From the human T2T-CHM13v2.0 reference genome, Homo sapiens, in NCBI RefSeq assembly GCF_009914755.1, contig NC_060935.1: a stretch of DNA of 64,000 nt; one strand, given 5' to 3'. Position numbers and translations under genes: made by a program. Of this stretch, positions 23,711-39,120 are shown one piece after another. Numbering within the stretch: position 1 is the first letter of the stretch; each line of letters starts with the position of its first letter. The notes under the pieces were generated by a model, which saw only the letters and a program-made list of their open reading frames with translations, had not been told where the DNA came from and did no database searches.

Positions 23711-26700
23711 GATAAAAAAATGAGGTAGAATGCCTAGCTTAACTCTTGGCATTGAACAAGCCCTCAAATGGTAGCTATTGTAATTTCTCCAACAGCTCAA
23801 TGTCATTTTTATGAAAACCTTTGGAAATTCCATTTTATCTTCCTCCTGTGATGCTGTGTTGCAATCATTTTAGCTGCGTTAAGCCTTCCTGTCTGGGACC
23901 TAGCTCTATTTTCAGAGATTGTTTGGATCCACATGTCTGAAGGAAGGTTTCTGAACATGTTTGTCATTGCGTGGTTGGTTGCAACAATCTATATCCATCT
24001 GATCGGACTTTAGTGAAGATTTGTTTCTTTACAAATTATGGCATTTCCTCCTACTGTGGGTGAGGGCAAATCAACAGCTGCTGTAGAATTTCCAGCACCT
24101 ACAGAGGCTTTCCAATTATCCATGAAGCTCAGGTGACAGAAAGAGCAACAGTCTTTGTTTGAGAAGTTGCCTTGGGGAGAAGCATAGCCATTTTCATGTG
24201 CGCTGAGCAAGTGGATTGGAAAGAATAAATGAGATCACCTGAAAAGACCCTCAGTAAGGCACAATGTTTTCATCATGATAATTTCTGCCAGGTCCAGTAC
24301 ATTATTCTTAGGGTACAAAGAGCCCTATTTCCACATGGCAAAGATGTACAGAATGAGTTGGGTAAATATTCTTAGAGATTGCTGAAAAATAATGCAGCTT
24401 ATTTCCATGTATATAAATTGGGCATGCAGAGACCATTGACCAAAGCTGTAACATCAATCTGGTTTTAATCTAACAATGGAGTTTTTTCTCCTTCACCTGG
24501 ATTCTGAAGTCAGGCTGTGTGGGTTTGAATCCCCATTCCATCACTTATTGGATGGGTCTAATGCTATGTCCATTACCGGTGTTATTTTAGTGGTTCTAAT
24601 AATCATGTAATGCAACCCCACTTTAAAGAAATGTCACAGGTAGTAATGCTAAGAATAGAATTTTAACTCAGTTATACCTGGTTGGAAAGTTCATGTTCTT
24701 TCCACTATACAAGGATATTCACTCTAATAATATTATTAACTAAAGTTAATAATATTAACTTTAAGTGCCACCCATCACAAACAAAATGTCATGAGGTATT
24801 TTTGACATAGCTTTTACTATTTAAATCCACAGTATTTGGATTCTGAGGATGAGTGATTGGAAGCCCCAGGGGCTAGGGTCAGAGACCAGGCCCTAATAAA
24901 TAACCCTTATTTCTCCAGTGCCCATCACAAGGCATGGTAGATAATGAGACTTACTGTATGTTATAGTGATACTGTCAGAGGAGGAAATGAGACGTCAGAA
25001 AGAAGAACAAACTGGGTGGGAAAATGGCCAATGGTCTTGAAAATCCCTAGCTGCTTTTATTGTTTTTTGATACGTTTTCCAAGTCACTAAGTATTTTTCT
25101 CATCCCCCACTTTGTGTACGCTCTATTTATCCAACACTTCAGATGTGAACACACCTTCCAGGTATTATGTGCTAATTGACACCTGATTGATGCCACATAT
25201 AAAATGACTATTGTTTCTTCTGTTAATGCAACCTAAGACTAAGAGTTTTTTTGGCAATTGCATCCCATTTACCCAGGTCTATTCTAAGTTTGTTGTTAAC
25301 TGAAACCTAAGAACTTTTTGACTTAAACTCCAACTCTTGCAAATATATAATTGATGTTTTTGAGCTAAAACTCAGGACTTGACAACTAGTTCTGTTGGGC
25401 TACTCATTGGAAGGTGGTTTTTCTTGAAAGAAGTAGAGTTGTAGGAATTGTTTAAATGATGGAAGTGGGTAGGTTGAATTTAAATGCAGGTAGAAAAGAC
25501 TTGTCTGGTTGAGGGTATGTTCTGGAGTTGCTAAAGAGATTGACAGCTCTAAGGTCCAAGGGATGACCTGGCAGAGGAAGGAAGATGGCTTGAGAGAACA
25601 TCCTGCAGCAGAGGATGAAGGATCTGGAGACAACATGTGCTGTAATGAAAAAACAATGTAAAGCCTGGTGAGGCTGTAAAGCCTGGTGAGGGCTAGGAAA
25701 ATGTGAGCTTTGGGGAACTTGGAGTCTTTTGTCTTTCCCATTTCCTTGAACCCCTTCGAGAAGACTTCCTGTACTTCAAAATACCAAACAGTGGCTAAAG
25801 CAATACCTTTTCTATGCTCAGTAAATTGGAATGTCTACCTCCATTGGTTAAAATAAGGGTAAAAATAGCTTGAACAATGCAAGCTTGATTTGAGGGCAAC
25901 ATTTCTTCTATAAGTCCCATATACTGAGGATGATTCATAATTACAGTGGATGCTAGAAATAGGAATTCCATTGTGGCACTGCAGGATATTCGAACATTCA
26001 ATTATTGCCTTTTGCATACTATGCCTAATGACTCTCAGCAGTTAATAGCTAATATGAAAAGCATAAAGCCATTTGTCACATTTTAAAAATATTCAATTTC
26101 TGGCTGCTTTTGTGGTCTTCTACTCTGAAAGCAAAGATTTATCTTCACAGCCTTTCATTCCTTTCCTTTTTACCCATTCTAAAGAACTAATTTTCTTCGT
26201 GCCCTGACATCATTTCTGCTTGAACTTCTTTCTGGAAAGAGTTTACAAAGTATTTGTTTTATAGCCTTAAGATTTGGGTAGAGACATAGTGATAAGTGAA
26301 TTAAAGGTAGGAGCACAACCTAAAATGTATTTAAAAGAATAATTATGGAGCCCTTCTGGCTTCAGCCATCACAAGCAGAAGCTAGTCTTGCTTTCAATGG
26401 CTTAGAGTATTATTACTAAAAAATATAATAAAGACAAAAAATTTAGTAATTTAAGAAAGATTAAAGAAATGGAGTTCCTAGCATGCTGCCATTAACAGAT
26501 CTTTGGAGAACAACAAACTTTTGGTAAAGCTACTCTGGACAACAAAAAAAATGAAAGTATTCAGATCTTGTCAATCATTGGTCTCTGCAGCAGCGGGTGA
26601 GGAGGAGGATACTGGCATACTCACGAACGGATACACCCCCCAGGGGCCACACAGGGCTTTGTCCCAGTTACCTGTAAGATTGTCTTTAGAATAGGGTTGC

Positions 26701-26869
26701 CTTTAGATTATAGCATTGCTCCATTAACCTCAAGAAGCCTAAGATCCTTATCTCAAAGATAATCAAAGTATATAGAATATCTTCTTGGACACCATAGCTT
26801 ACTCTTTCAACAAAGGTGCCAGTTTGTGTATTATTCTCTCCTTTTGCCCTAATTTCTCCATCTCCCTAA

Positions 26870-27017
26870 GTTGTTGTTGTTGTTCTTTTTTTGTGAGACA
26901 GGGTCTTGATATGTTGCATAGGCTGGCAGGCTGCTCTTGAACTTCTGGGCTCATGCTATCCTCCTGCCTTGGCCTCCCAAATCATTGGGATTACAAACAT
27001 GAGCCACCGTGCTAGCC
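26870..27017 (-). mobile_element. FLAM_C / Alu left-arm monomer
   Basis: A (GTT)n/T tail is followed by gagacagggtcttgatatgttgcataggctgg...ttggcctcccaaatcattgggattacaaacatgagccaccgtgctagcc. Single monomer only. Confidence 0.85.
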
Positions 27018-28439
27018 TTTTCCTTCTTTCTTTCTTGCAGGAAATAACCTCCATTTTCCCATCTGCAAAACATGGTGGATAACCATTACATTACCTACTT
27101 CACAATGTAGATGGATTTTCATAGAAAGTGGTAATCACACATGACATGTGCCATTTGTACTTTCTGTATGAGTCAAGGGCAACATCTTATTTGTGTAGAT
27201 GCAAAGGAGTTCCTTCTGTCACACAGCTCCTTTTTGACCATAGCAGCCCATCTCAGATTGTCTGTCACCTAGAATAAGTTTTCAGCTCTGCTGTTCTGTA
27301 ACTGTACCTCTTAGCTCCAGTGACAGTGAAATTAAGATCTTTGGAGGCTGAAAATTGGCCTAGTCAAGATACTGGGCAGATTTGTACCTGTGATGAAGAA
27401 AGTAGGTTTTCTTTATATTGTCTCTTCCAGAAGTGTGAGTGTAGAGACATATAGCATCAAAAAGGCTATGCAGATGAATCCTGGGATATATGCAATATTT
27501 TAGCTAAAATCCTGCCACTAGAATTCAGCAAATTTTGGAAGAAGTTTAGGTGTTAGGAGGAAGGTACGTCTTGATCTGGTAGTTGGAGAGGGCCTGTTTT
27601 GTAATCCAACATTGGAGGCCATCCTGAGAGATTGAAGGGCCACTTGAGAAGGCTGAAAGGTCTGGAGAGGGGCAGGTAATATTTTACTTACACATGAGTT
27701 TAACTGTTCTGCTTCTCTCAAAAAGATTTTTAATAACGATGTGTGCATTAGAACACATTCTTTTCATTAGTAGAGCCATGGCTATAAATAGAAAAGATAA
27801 AGAATAAAATCCATATATCACAAACAAGGGAAGAGTAGTACATATGACTAGGTGAAGATTATTCTCAATGACATCTGGTATAAGGTCCAAAAGGAATACA
27901 TTTATACTACCCAAAGAAGTTTCGGTTAGACTTAAGAAAGCATCTTTTCTGGGATAATGATATGATACTAGAAAATGTCAGTGGTTGTGGAATCTCTGGT
28001 GAAATGTCCAGTCATTTCCATTTATGTTCCTCATTTTCTTTCCCTTAAACTTTCTTTGGAGACTATTTGAACTAGAAAACTGATTTACCTTGTTTGATTT
28101 ATTGTTGAGACTAACTAGACTTTGGTCAATAAGTAAAGATTCTTGATTAGTTTAATTTTAAGTTTGAGAAAGAATTAGAAAGACATTTTATTTCTATTCT
28201 TGTTAAAATCTTTTCATGGTCTCCTTGAACCCACTGCCTTTGCCTAACCAAGTCAAATGTAGTGAATATTGGTGAAACTGTTTATTTCAGATAATGACTG
28301 TAGTGACATACTTTTCACTCTAGTCAACTGAGCATTCACAAGTGGGCCCAGTGATGCACTAATGCCTGGTCACAAGTGAGATGGGTAAACAGATTATAAA
28401 CATAAAGACTCAGACTCTGCCATTAGAGTTGTTACATGT

Positions 28440-28518
28440 TATATAATATATATTTAATATATAATACTATATATTATATATTATATTTGTATAACATGGA
28501 TATATATATATATATATA
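28440..28518. repeat. AT-rich degenerate (TA)n tract
   Basis: tatataatatatatttaatatataatactatatattatatattatat...tatatatatatatatata. Confidence 0.85.
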
Positions 28519-29308
28519 AAACTTAGTGCAAACTTTTGTGAGAAGAGACAATGCCCAAATGAAAGAAGAGTGATGTCATGCTCAAAGTGGGGGAATAAGG
28601 ATAACGATAAATGTAGGGCCTAGTCCTAGAAATGAAATTGTACTAACTACCAACTAACCCAAGGGAAACTGGTAGGAGTTGCTATTTAAGTGATCCTTCA
28701 TTAGTTTTTCTGTTTCAAAATGAGAATAAAATGTTAACAAACAAATGCTGAAAACTACCTGTATTCTTGGGTATGTACTGCTATGGGGAAACTAGTTGAG
28801 TGCAGTTTGGATTTCATTTGGGCACATTTTATTATTTAAATTTTCAACTTATATCTGACTAGTAAAGATGAAACAATTTAGCATATTTTATATTCCTCAA
28901 GTTTTCAATTATTAAGGTTTTAAAAAATGTTCTATATCCTGCTCATTTTTTCTGTGAGAGAGCTTCATTGTTAGGATAACTGCTGATATGAATTTAAGAG
29001 TCATGAATCAGGACGCTGCTTAGAAAATTATTCTCCCTTTATGGGGTAAATTTTTATTAGTTCACATGCATTGCCAACACCTCTTCTCCATTTATTCCTT
29101 AAGGTTATATCTGGGAGATGTTGTGTCACTCTGACCTGATTCATTAAAGTAACTCACAGGAACAATTTCTTGAGGTATTGGCTTCATGCCTGATCCCTGA
29201 AAGCCTTGTGTAATCACTGAGCTACTAAAGCTCTCTTGAAGCCATGTTCAAGAGAAGCCTTCAGAAAAGAAGGTGCTGGCTTTCATTACTTTTTTCTAAG
29301 GTAATTTA

Positions 29309-29697
29309 TTTCCTTCCTTCCTTCCTTCTTTCCTTCCTTCCCTCCCTCCTTCCCTCCCTCCTTCCTTCCCTTCCTCCCTTCCTTCTTTCTTTCCTTCCTT
29401 CCTTCCTTCCTTCCTTCCCTCCCTCCTTCCCTCCCTCCTTCCTTCCCTTCCTCCCTTCCTTCTTTCCTTCCTTCCTTCCTACCTTCCTTCCTTCCCTCCC
29501 TCCTTCCCTCCCTCCTTCCTTCCCTTCCTCCCTTCCTTCTTTCCTTCCTTCCTTCCTTCCTTCCTTCCTTCCTTCCTTCCTTCCTTCCCTCCCTCCCTCC
29601 CTCCTTCCCTCCCTCCTTCCTTCCCTTCCTCCCTTCCTTCTTTCCTTCCTTCCTTCCTTCCTTCCTTCCTTCCTTCCTTCCTTCCTTCCTTCCTCTT
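29309..29697. repeat. Polypyrimidine (TTCC/CCCT)n compound microsatellite with higher-order 50-bp cassette
   Basis: 389 nt with a single purine (A29481). An identical 50-bp cassette recurs at 29340, 29417, 29494 and 29595. (TTCC)12 at 29541-29588 and (TTCC)13 at 29642-29693. Confidence 0.97.
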
Positions 29698-30226
29698 AGA
29701 GAAAGGCAGATAAATGGACACTGGCTAAATAAATTTAACAAAGAAAACCTAGAATGAGTTAAGTGCTGTGCATCTTATGGCTCCTGGTAACTCCTGGCAT
29801 GAAAGGCAATTGAAGTGGAAGCTAAACACAGAGATCAACTAGCAGAAATTGATTTCTTTTCTCTTCCTCCTTCAGTCCGGACACACCTATCTTCTCTACT
29901 CTGCACACATATGATATCTTTTCTGAACCTTGGTGGAGAAAAAGTTGGGAGATTCTGGTTCTCAAAACCTTTTATTTCATATTAGACTTCATCCTTGTGG
30001 CTCACACCCATCATCTATCACCAGAACACTTGACAATTTTCCCCACAAGACCAGTTTGAGAGCTTCACCTTTGGTATCTTCAATGCACAGACCAATCTTA
30101 TATTAAGGCTACTTTATAGAAAATAACATGTCTCATTCATATTTGTATCCCCAGTGACTAGCAGAATATCTAAACATAGTAGGTTCTCATGAACTGCAAA
30201 TGAATATCTAATTCATGGATAACTGC

Positions 30227-30289
30227 ATGGATGGATAGATGGATGGGTAGATGATGGATGGATAAATAGATGGATAGATGGATGGATGG
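30227..30289 (+). repeat. (GATG/GATA)n degenerate microsatellite at an L2 3' tail
   Basis: atggatggatagatggatgggtagatgatggatggataaatagatggatagatggatggatgg lies just downstream of an L2 3' end at ~30050-30210. Confidence 0.85.
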
Positions 30290-30729
30290 ACATCTGAGTT
30301 TTGAACTCCTATTGTCTAGAACCTTAATATTTCTCCTCTAAAAAAATGAAGATTTCATGAATACCTCTAACAATTTTCCTAACATTCTGTGACTCACTGG
30401 TTAAAGCTCCTGCTTCAAAACATGCCTTCGGATTCTGGCCTTTTTGTTTTGTTCTCCTGGTCAGAGTTCCTGAGTCCTGTTGCCTTAACTATCTGGAGTC
30501 TGAATCCTCTTCTGCCTGCTGCATTTTCCTGTTTATCCCTAGCTTTGTGACTTGACTGAGTTTGGACATCCTGTGTTTAAGCCTACTGTCTCTTCCTGGT
30601 TTCTCTCCCAGAAGAGAAAGCCCTTGTCCTGTGAAATGCTGCACTAGACCTGCTTAGTAATCCAGTATGTCACAGAGGTCCCAATGTACATGCTAGGGGA
30701 AGGCATGGTTATAGTGCTTGTATCTGTCT

Positions 30730-31960
30730 AGTCACTTACTTATCCACCTTTTTCATTTCATTTTTGAGTGGATATTTTTTTACTGGCTCTTTCCACAGGA
30801 CTTTAGACCTCCTCATAGTATATATGTATATACAAGTGCCCATATGTTCCAGATACACTATGTGTATTTGTATGCTTAGGATAAATGGTGAATAAACTGA
30901 GTGCCTGATTTCAAGAAGCTTAACATTTACTAGAAATAGGCATGCCAATCATTAAGTATAATAAAGTGTTACAATTTGGATGTGATGATAGAAGAGGGCA
31001 TAGTCAATATGGCCTAAAGGAGAAGGCAGGAAAGTTTGAGCTGAGCTGATGAGTAACTGCACATAGATCAATATGACTGGAGGTTAGAACACTAGAGAAA
31101 GGAAATAAGCTGAGGCTGATACAGGGCCCACATATCATAGCTTCACCTTCCTCTGCTCACTCCTGCTTCCTTCTTCCTTCAATTGGGGTTGACTCCAAAG
31201 GCACTCCTTAATGAACACCCTATATGCTTAATTCTTAGAGTCTGCTTTACTAAGAAGACAAACTTCTACCGAAGGAGGCTTTCTGTAAATAATGAAGGAA
31301 ATAAAATGGGAGAGTCACATGATGACATCTGTGCTTTAGGAAGATCCATTTAGTAACTGTTTGTAGATCATATTTAATAGATGAGCTATTAGGCTACTGT
31401 CATAGCCCACATAAGAGCCGATAAGCACTTGAGGTTAGAAAGAACAGGCATGGAGATGCAGGAAATAGAAGAGGTGCTGTAAATACAGATTAGGGAGAAA
31501 TGGGTTACAGATGTAATAAGGAGAAAGAGGTAACATAAGTCGGAAGAATAAGGCTTACTGAGCTAGGGAACTCAGAAAGAGAAAAACTTGTTTGGGGGGT
31601 GGGAGACATACACAGGGAAAAAGGGAGTCCATATTGGCTATGTTGAAGATGAGTGACTGTAGGGTATCTGGATAAAGATGACCAGGACATGCAGGGTGGG
31701 TCTGAATTTCAGCAGTGAGGTTTGGACTGGGAAAAAGGAATGTGGCTTTCAGTATCCTCTGTGTGGAAGCAAATGAAGGGAAGGAGATGAGCTCTTTCAG
31801 GGAAAATATTTAGCAAGAAGAGAAGAAGGGTACGGACAGAACTCTGGAGAACAACACTTAAGAAGTAGGCAGAAGGGAACCAATGAAAGAGACTGAGGAG
31901 GAATCCTCAGAGTTATAGCCAAAGGACAGGCATTTGCAAAGGGATGGTGCACAACAGCGT
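30730..31960 (-). mobile_element. L2 LINE fragments
   Basis: cacatgatgacatctgtgctttaggaagatcc...gtttggactggg...gggtacggacagaactctggagaacaacacttaagaagtaggcagaag; the LTR33-like piece is nested inside. Confidence 0.65.
31110..31270 (+). mobile_element. LTR33-like (ERVL) LTR 3' part
   Basis: cctgcttccttcttccttcaattggggttgactccaaaggcactccttaatgaacaccctatatgcttaattcttagagtctgcttt resembles the LTR33 3' end. Confidence 0.6.
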
Positions 31961-32927
31961 AGGATAAACTTTAAAGTTACTTGGGTTTGATATACAATGA
32001 TCAACCATTTATTCATCACTTATCATGTTGCAGGCAGTCTGCAGTCTTTGTAGTACAGGATATTTAAGACAGAATAATGCTAGGTCCTGCCTTACAGTAA
32101 CAGCAGTACACTCAAGGATATATACAAATAAAAAATTCCTGGGAAGTGGGATAAGAGCTTTGATGAGAGTACTTACACAATGCTAGGGAGAAACTGAGTG
32201 AGTGGGGAGAGTTGCTGAGCCAATCTAGTCTTTCTGGAGCAATAAATAGATGAAAAAGTTTGGGGAAGTGAATAGGCTTCACTAGGAGAAAAGTAGAGCT
32301 GCATTCAGCGAAGGATCAAGGGTATGAAAAGGTCTATTTCAACATCAATGGCTCATTGTTTATCTAATGGCCAAAAATGAAAGAATGACACTGAATATTT
32401 AAAGCACGTTCTAACGTTCCAGCAAGCTAGACGCAACTCCCTGCAGTTTCCCTTCATTCTCCTTTGAAGAATTACATGCAGTGCCATTTCTTTCCAAAAT
32501 CAAATCACATGAGTCACGTCTCATGCAAGAGAGAGGTACAAAGAGTAGAAGGCTTTTCAAAGTTTATTGGCTGAAACTGTCACTTGCTCTGGGGCCCCAT
32601 AAGTAAAGTCTTATTTCTGACAAATGTTGCCTTTAGTTTTCTGCAGCCCAGGGAACAGAATTTTGAACTTGGAAAATAATGCTCTTTCTCTGATTAGATT
32701 TTCCTTTTTTTAAAATTTTTTTTATTATACTTTAAGTTCTAGGGTACATATGCACAACGTGCAGGTTTGTTACATATGTATACATGCACCATGTTGGTAT
32801 GCTGCACCCATTAACTCATCATTTACATTAGGTATATCTCCTAATGCTATCCGTCCCCCCTCCACCCACCCCATGACAGGCCCCAGTGTGTGATGTTCCC
32901 CTTCCTGTGTCCAAGTGTTTTCACTGA

Positions 32928-36737
<3,810 letters not shown>

Positions 36738-36800
36738 TATGATGTTAGCTGGTGATTTTGCTTGTTAGTTGATGCAGTTTCTTCCTGGCATCGATGGTTT

Positions 36801-37816
36801 TTACTATTTGGCATGTTTTTGCAGTAGCTGGTACCGATTGTTCCTTTACATGTTTAGTGCTTCCTTCAGGAGCTCTTGTAGGGCAGGCCTGGTGGTGACA
36901 GAATCTCTCAGCATTTGCTTGTGTGTAAAGGATTTTATCTCTCTTTCACTTATGAAGCTTAGTTTGGCTGGATATGAAATTCTAGGTTGAGAATTCTTTT
37001 CTTTAAGAATGTTGAATATTGGCCCTACTGTCTTCTGGCTTGTAGAGTTTCTGTCGAGAGATCTGCTGTTAGTCTGATGGGATTCCCTTTGTGGGTAACC
37101 CGACCTTTCTCTCTGGCTGCCCTTAACGTTTTTTCCTTCATTTCAACTTTGGTGAATCTGACAATTATGTGTCTTGGAGTTGCTCTTCTCAAGGAATATC
37201 TTTGTGGTGTTCTCTGTATTTCCTGAATTTGAATGTTGGCCTGCCTTGCTAGATTAGGGAAGTTCTCCTGGATAATATCCTGCAGAGTGTTTTCCAGCTT
37301 TGTTCTGTTCTCCCCATCACTTTCAGGTACACCAATCAGACGTAGATTTGGTCTTTTCACATAGTCCCATATTTGTTGGAGGCTTTGTTTGTTTCTTTTA
37401 ATTCTTTTTTCTCTAAACTTCTCTTCTCACTTCATTTCATTCATTTGATCTTCAATCACTGATACTCTTTCTTCCAGTTGATCGAATCAGCTACTGAAGC
37501 TTGTCGATTCATCACATAGTTCTCGTACCATGGTTTTCAGCTCCATCAGGTCCTTTAAGGACTTCTCTGCATTGGTTATTCTAGTTAGCCATTCATCTAA
37601 TCTTTTTTCAAGGTTTTTAGCTTCTTTGCGATGGGTTCAAACTTCCTCCTTTAGCTCAGAGAAGTTTGATCATCTGAAGCCTTCTTCTCTCAACTAATCA
37701 AAGTCATTCTCCATCCGGCTTTGTTCCGTTGCTCGCGAGGAGCTGCATTCCTTTGGAGGGGGAGAGGTGCTCTGATTTTTAGAGTTTCCAGTTTTTCTGC
37801 TCTGTTTTTTCCCCAT
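36801..37816 (-). pseudogene. L1 ORF1p remnant (RNA-binding chaperone), disrupted
   Basis: ATG at 37816 (ATGGGGAAAAAACAGAGC). Fragment 37025-37360 translates as KRPNLRLIGVPESDGENRTKLENTLQDIIQENFPNLARQANIQIQEIQRTPQRY, which is typical ORF1p. No full-length frame is present. Confidence 0.93.
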
Positions 37817-38849
37817 CTTTGTGGTTTTATCTACCTTTGGTCTTTGATGATGGTGAGGTACAGATGAGGTTTTGGTGTGGATGTCCTGTCTGTTTGTTAG
37901 TTTTCCTTCTAACAGTCAGGACCCTCAGCTGCAGGTGTGTTGGAGTGTGCTGAAGGTCCACTCCAGACCCTGTTTGCCTGGGTATCAGCAGTGGAGGCTG
38001 CAGAACAGCAAATACTGCTGAACAGGGAATGTTGCTGTCTGATCGTTCCTCTGGAAGCTTTGTCTCAGAGGGGTACCCGGCCATGTGAGGTATCAGTCTT
38101 CCCCTACTGGAAGGTGCCTCCCAGTTAGGCTACTCGGGGGTCAGGGACCCACTTGTGGGGGCAGTCTGTCTATTCTCAGATCTCAAACTCCGTGCTGGGA
38201 TAACCACTACTCACTTCAAAGCTGTCAGACAGGGACATTTAAGTCTGCTGAGGTTTCTGCTGTCTTTTGTTTGACTATACCCTGCCTCCAGAGGTGGAGT
38301 CTACAGAGGCAGGCAGGCCTCCTTGAGCTGTGGTGGGCTCCACCCAGTTCGAGCTTCCTGGCTGCTTTGTTTACCTACTCAAGCCTCAGCAATGGTGGGT
38401 GCCCCTCCCCCAGCCTTGCTGCCGCCTTGTAGATGGATCTCAGACTGCTTTGCTAGCTATAAGTGAGGCTCCATGGGTGTGGGATCTTCTGAACCAGGCG
38501 TGGGAGATAATCTCCTGTTGTGCTGTTTGCTAAGACCCTTGGAAAAGCTCAGTATTACGGTGGGAGTGACCCAGTTTTCCAGGTGCTGTCCGTCACTGCT
38601 TCCCTTGGCTAGGAAAGGGAATTCCCTGACCCCTTGCACTTCCCGGGTGAGGCGATGCCTCGCCCTGCTTTGGCTCACGCTGGTGGACTGCACCCACTGT
38701 CCTGCCCCCACTGTCTGACAAGCCCCAGTGAGATGAATGTGGTACCTCAGTTGGAAATGCAGAAATCACCCGTCTTCTGGTCTTCTGTGTCATTTATGCT
38801 GGGAGCTGTAGACTGGAGCTGTTCCAATTTGGCCGTCTTGGAACCACCC
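37817..38849. promoter_or_regulatory. L1 5'UTR: internal sense promoter (firing leftward) and antisense promoter/ORF0 region (firing rightward)
   Basis: Complete L1PA 5'UTR. The ORF0-homologous ATG is at 38392. The YY1 motif reads GCCGTCTTG (38832-38840) instead of GCCATCTTG, and many CpGs have decayed. Promoter activity is inferred from the family, not shown by the sequence. Confidence 0.7.
38392..38718 (+). pseudogene. L1 ORF0 homologue with premature stop and downstream in-frame ATG
   Basis: From 38392 it reads MVGAPPPALLPPCRWISDCFASYK then TGA (38464-38466). The same frame resumes at ATG 38473 as MGVGSSEPGVGDNLLLCCLLRPLEKLSITVGVTQFSRC..., matching the remembered L1HS ORF0 (MAGAPPPASLPPCSLISDCCASNQRDSVGVGPSEPGVG...). 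Confidence 0.8.
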
Positions 38850-38911
38850 TCTCTGATTAGATTTTCAATGCTATTTGTCCACCTTCCTTTTAAAAAACAG
38901 CATTCCTTTCC

Positions 38912-39120
38912 TTTTTTTTTTTTTGTTGTTGTTGTTGTTGAGACAGGGCCTTGCTCTGTCACCCAGGCTGGAGTGCAGTGACCTCATCACAGCTCACTGC
39001 AGCCTTGACCTCCCTAGGCTCAGGTGATCATCCCACCTCAGCCTCCCAAGTAGCTAAAAGCGTGTGCCACCACACCCAGCTAATTTTTATAAAGAGAAGG
39101 TTTTGCTAGGTTGCCCAGGA
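38912..39120 (-). mobile_element. Truncated AluJ
   Basis: A T/(GTT)n tail is followed by gagacagggccttgctctgtcacccaggctggagtgcagtg...cagctcactgcagccttgacctcc (AluJ-type). It ends shortly into the left arm. Confidence 0.9.

Noticed and set aside
23925-24210. Possible coding exon after tattttcag and the 66-aa minus-strand ORF
   Set aside because: All frames close quickly, the peptides are unrecognisable and no strong donor site was found.
29244-29741. 151-aa ORFs on both strands (LPSF-rich and GRKE-rich)
   Set aside because: These are translations of the TTCC/CCCT microsatellite, which contains no stop codons; there is no evidence they are genes.
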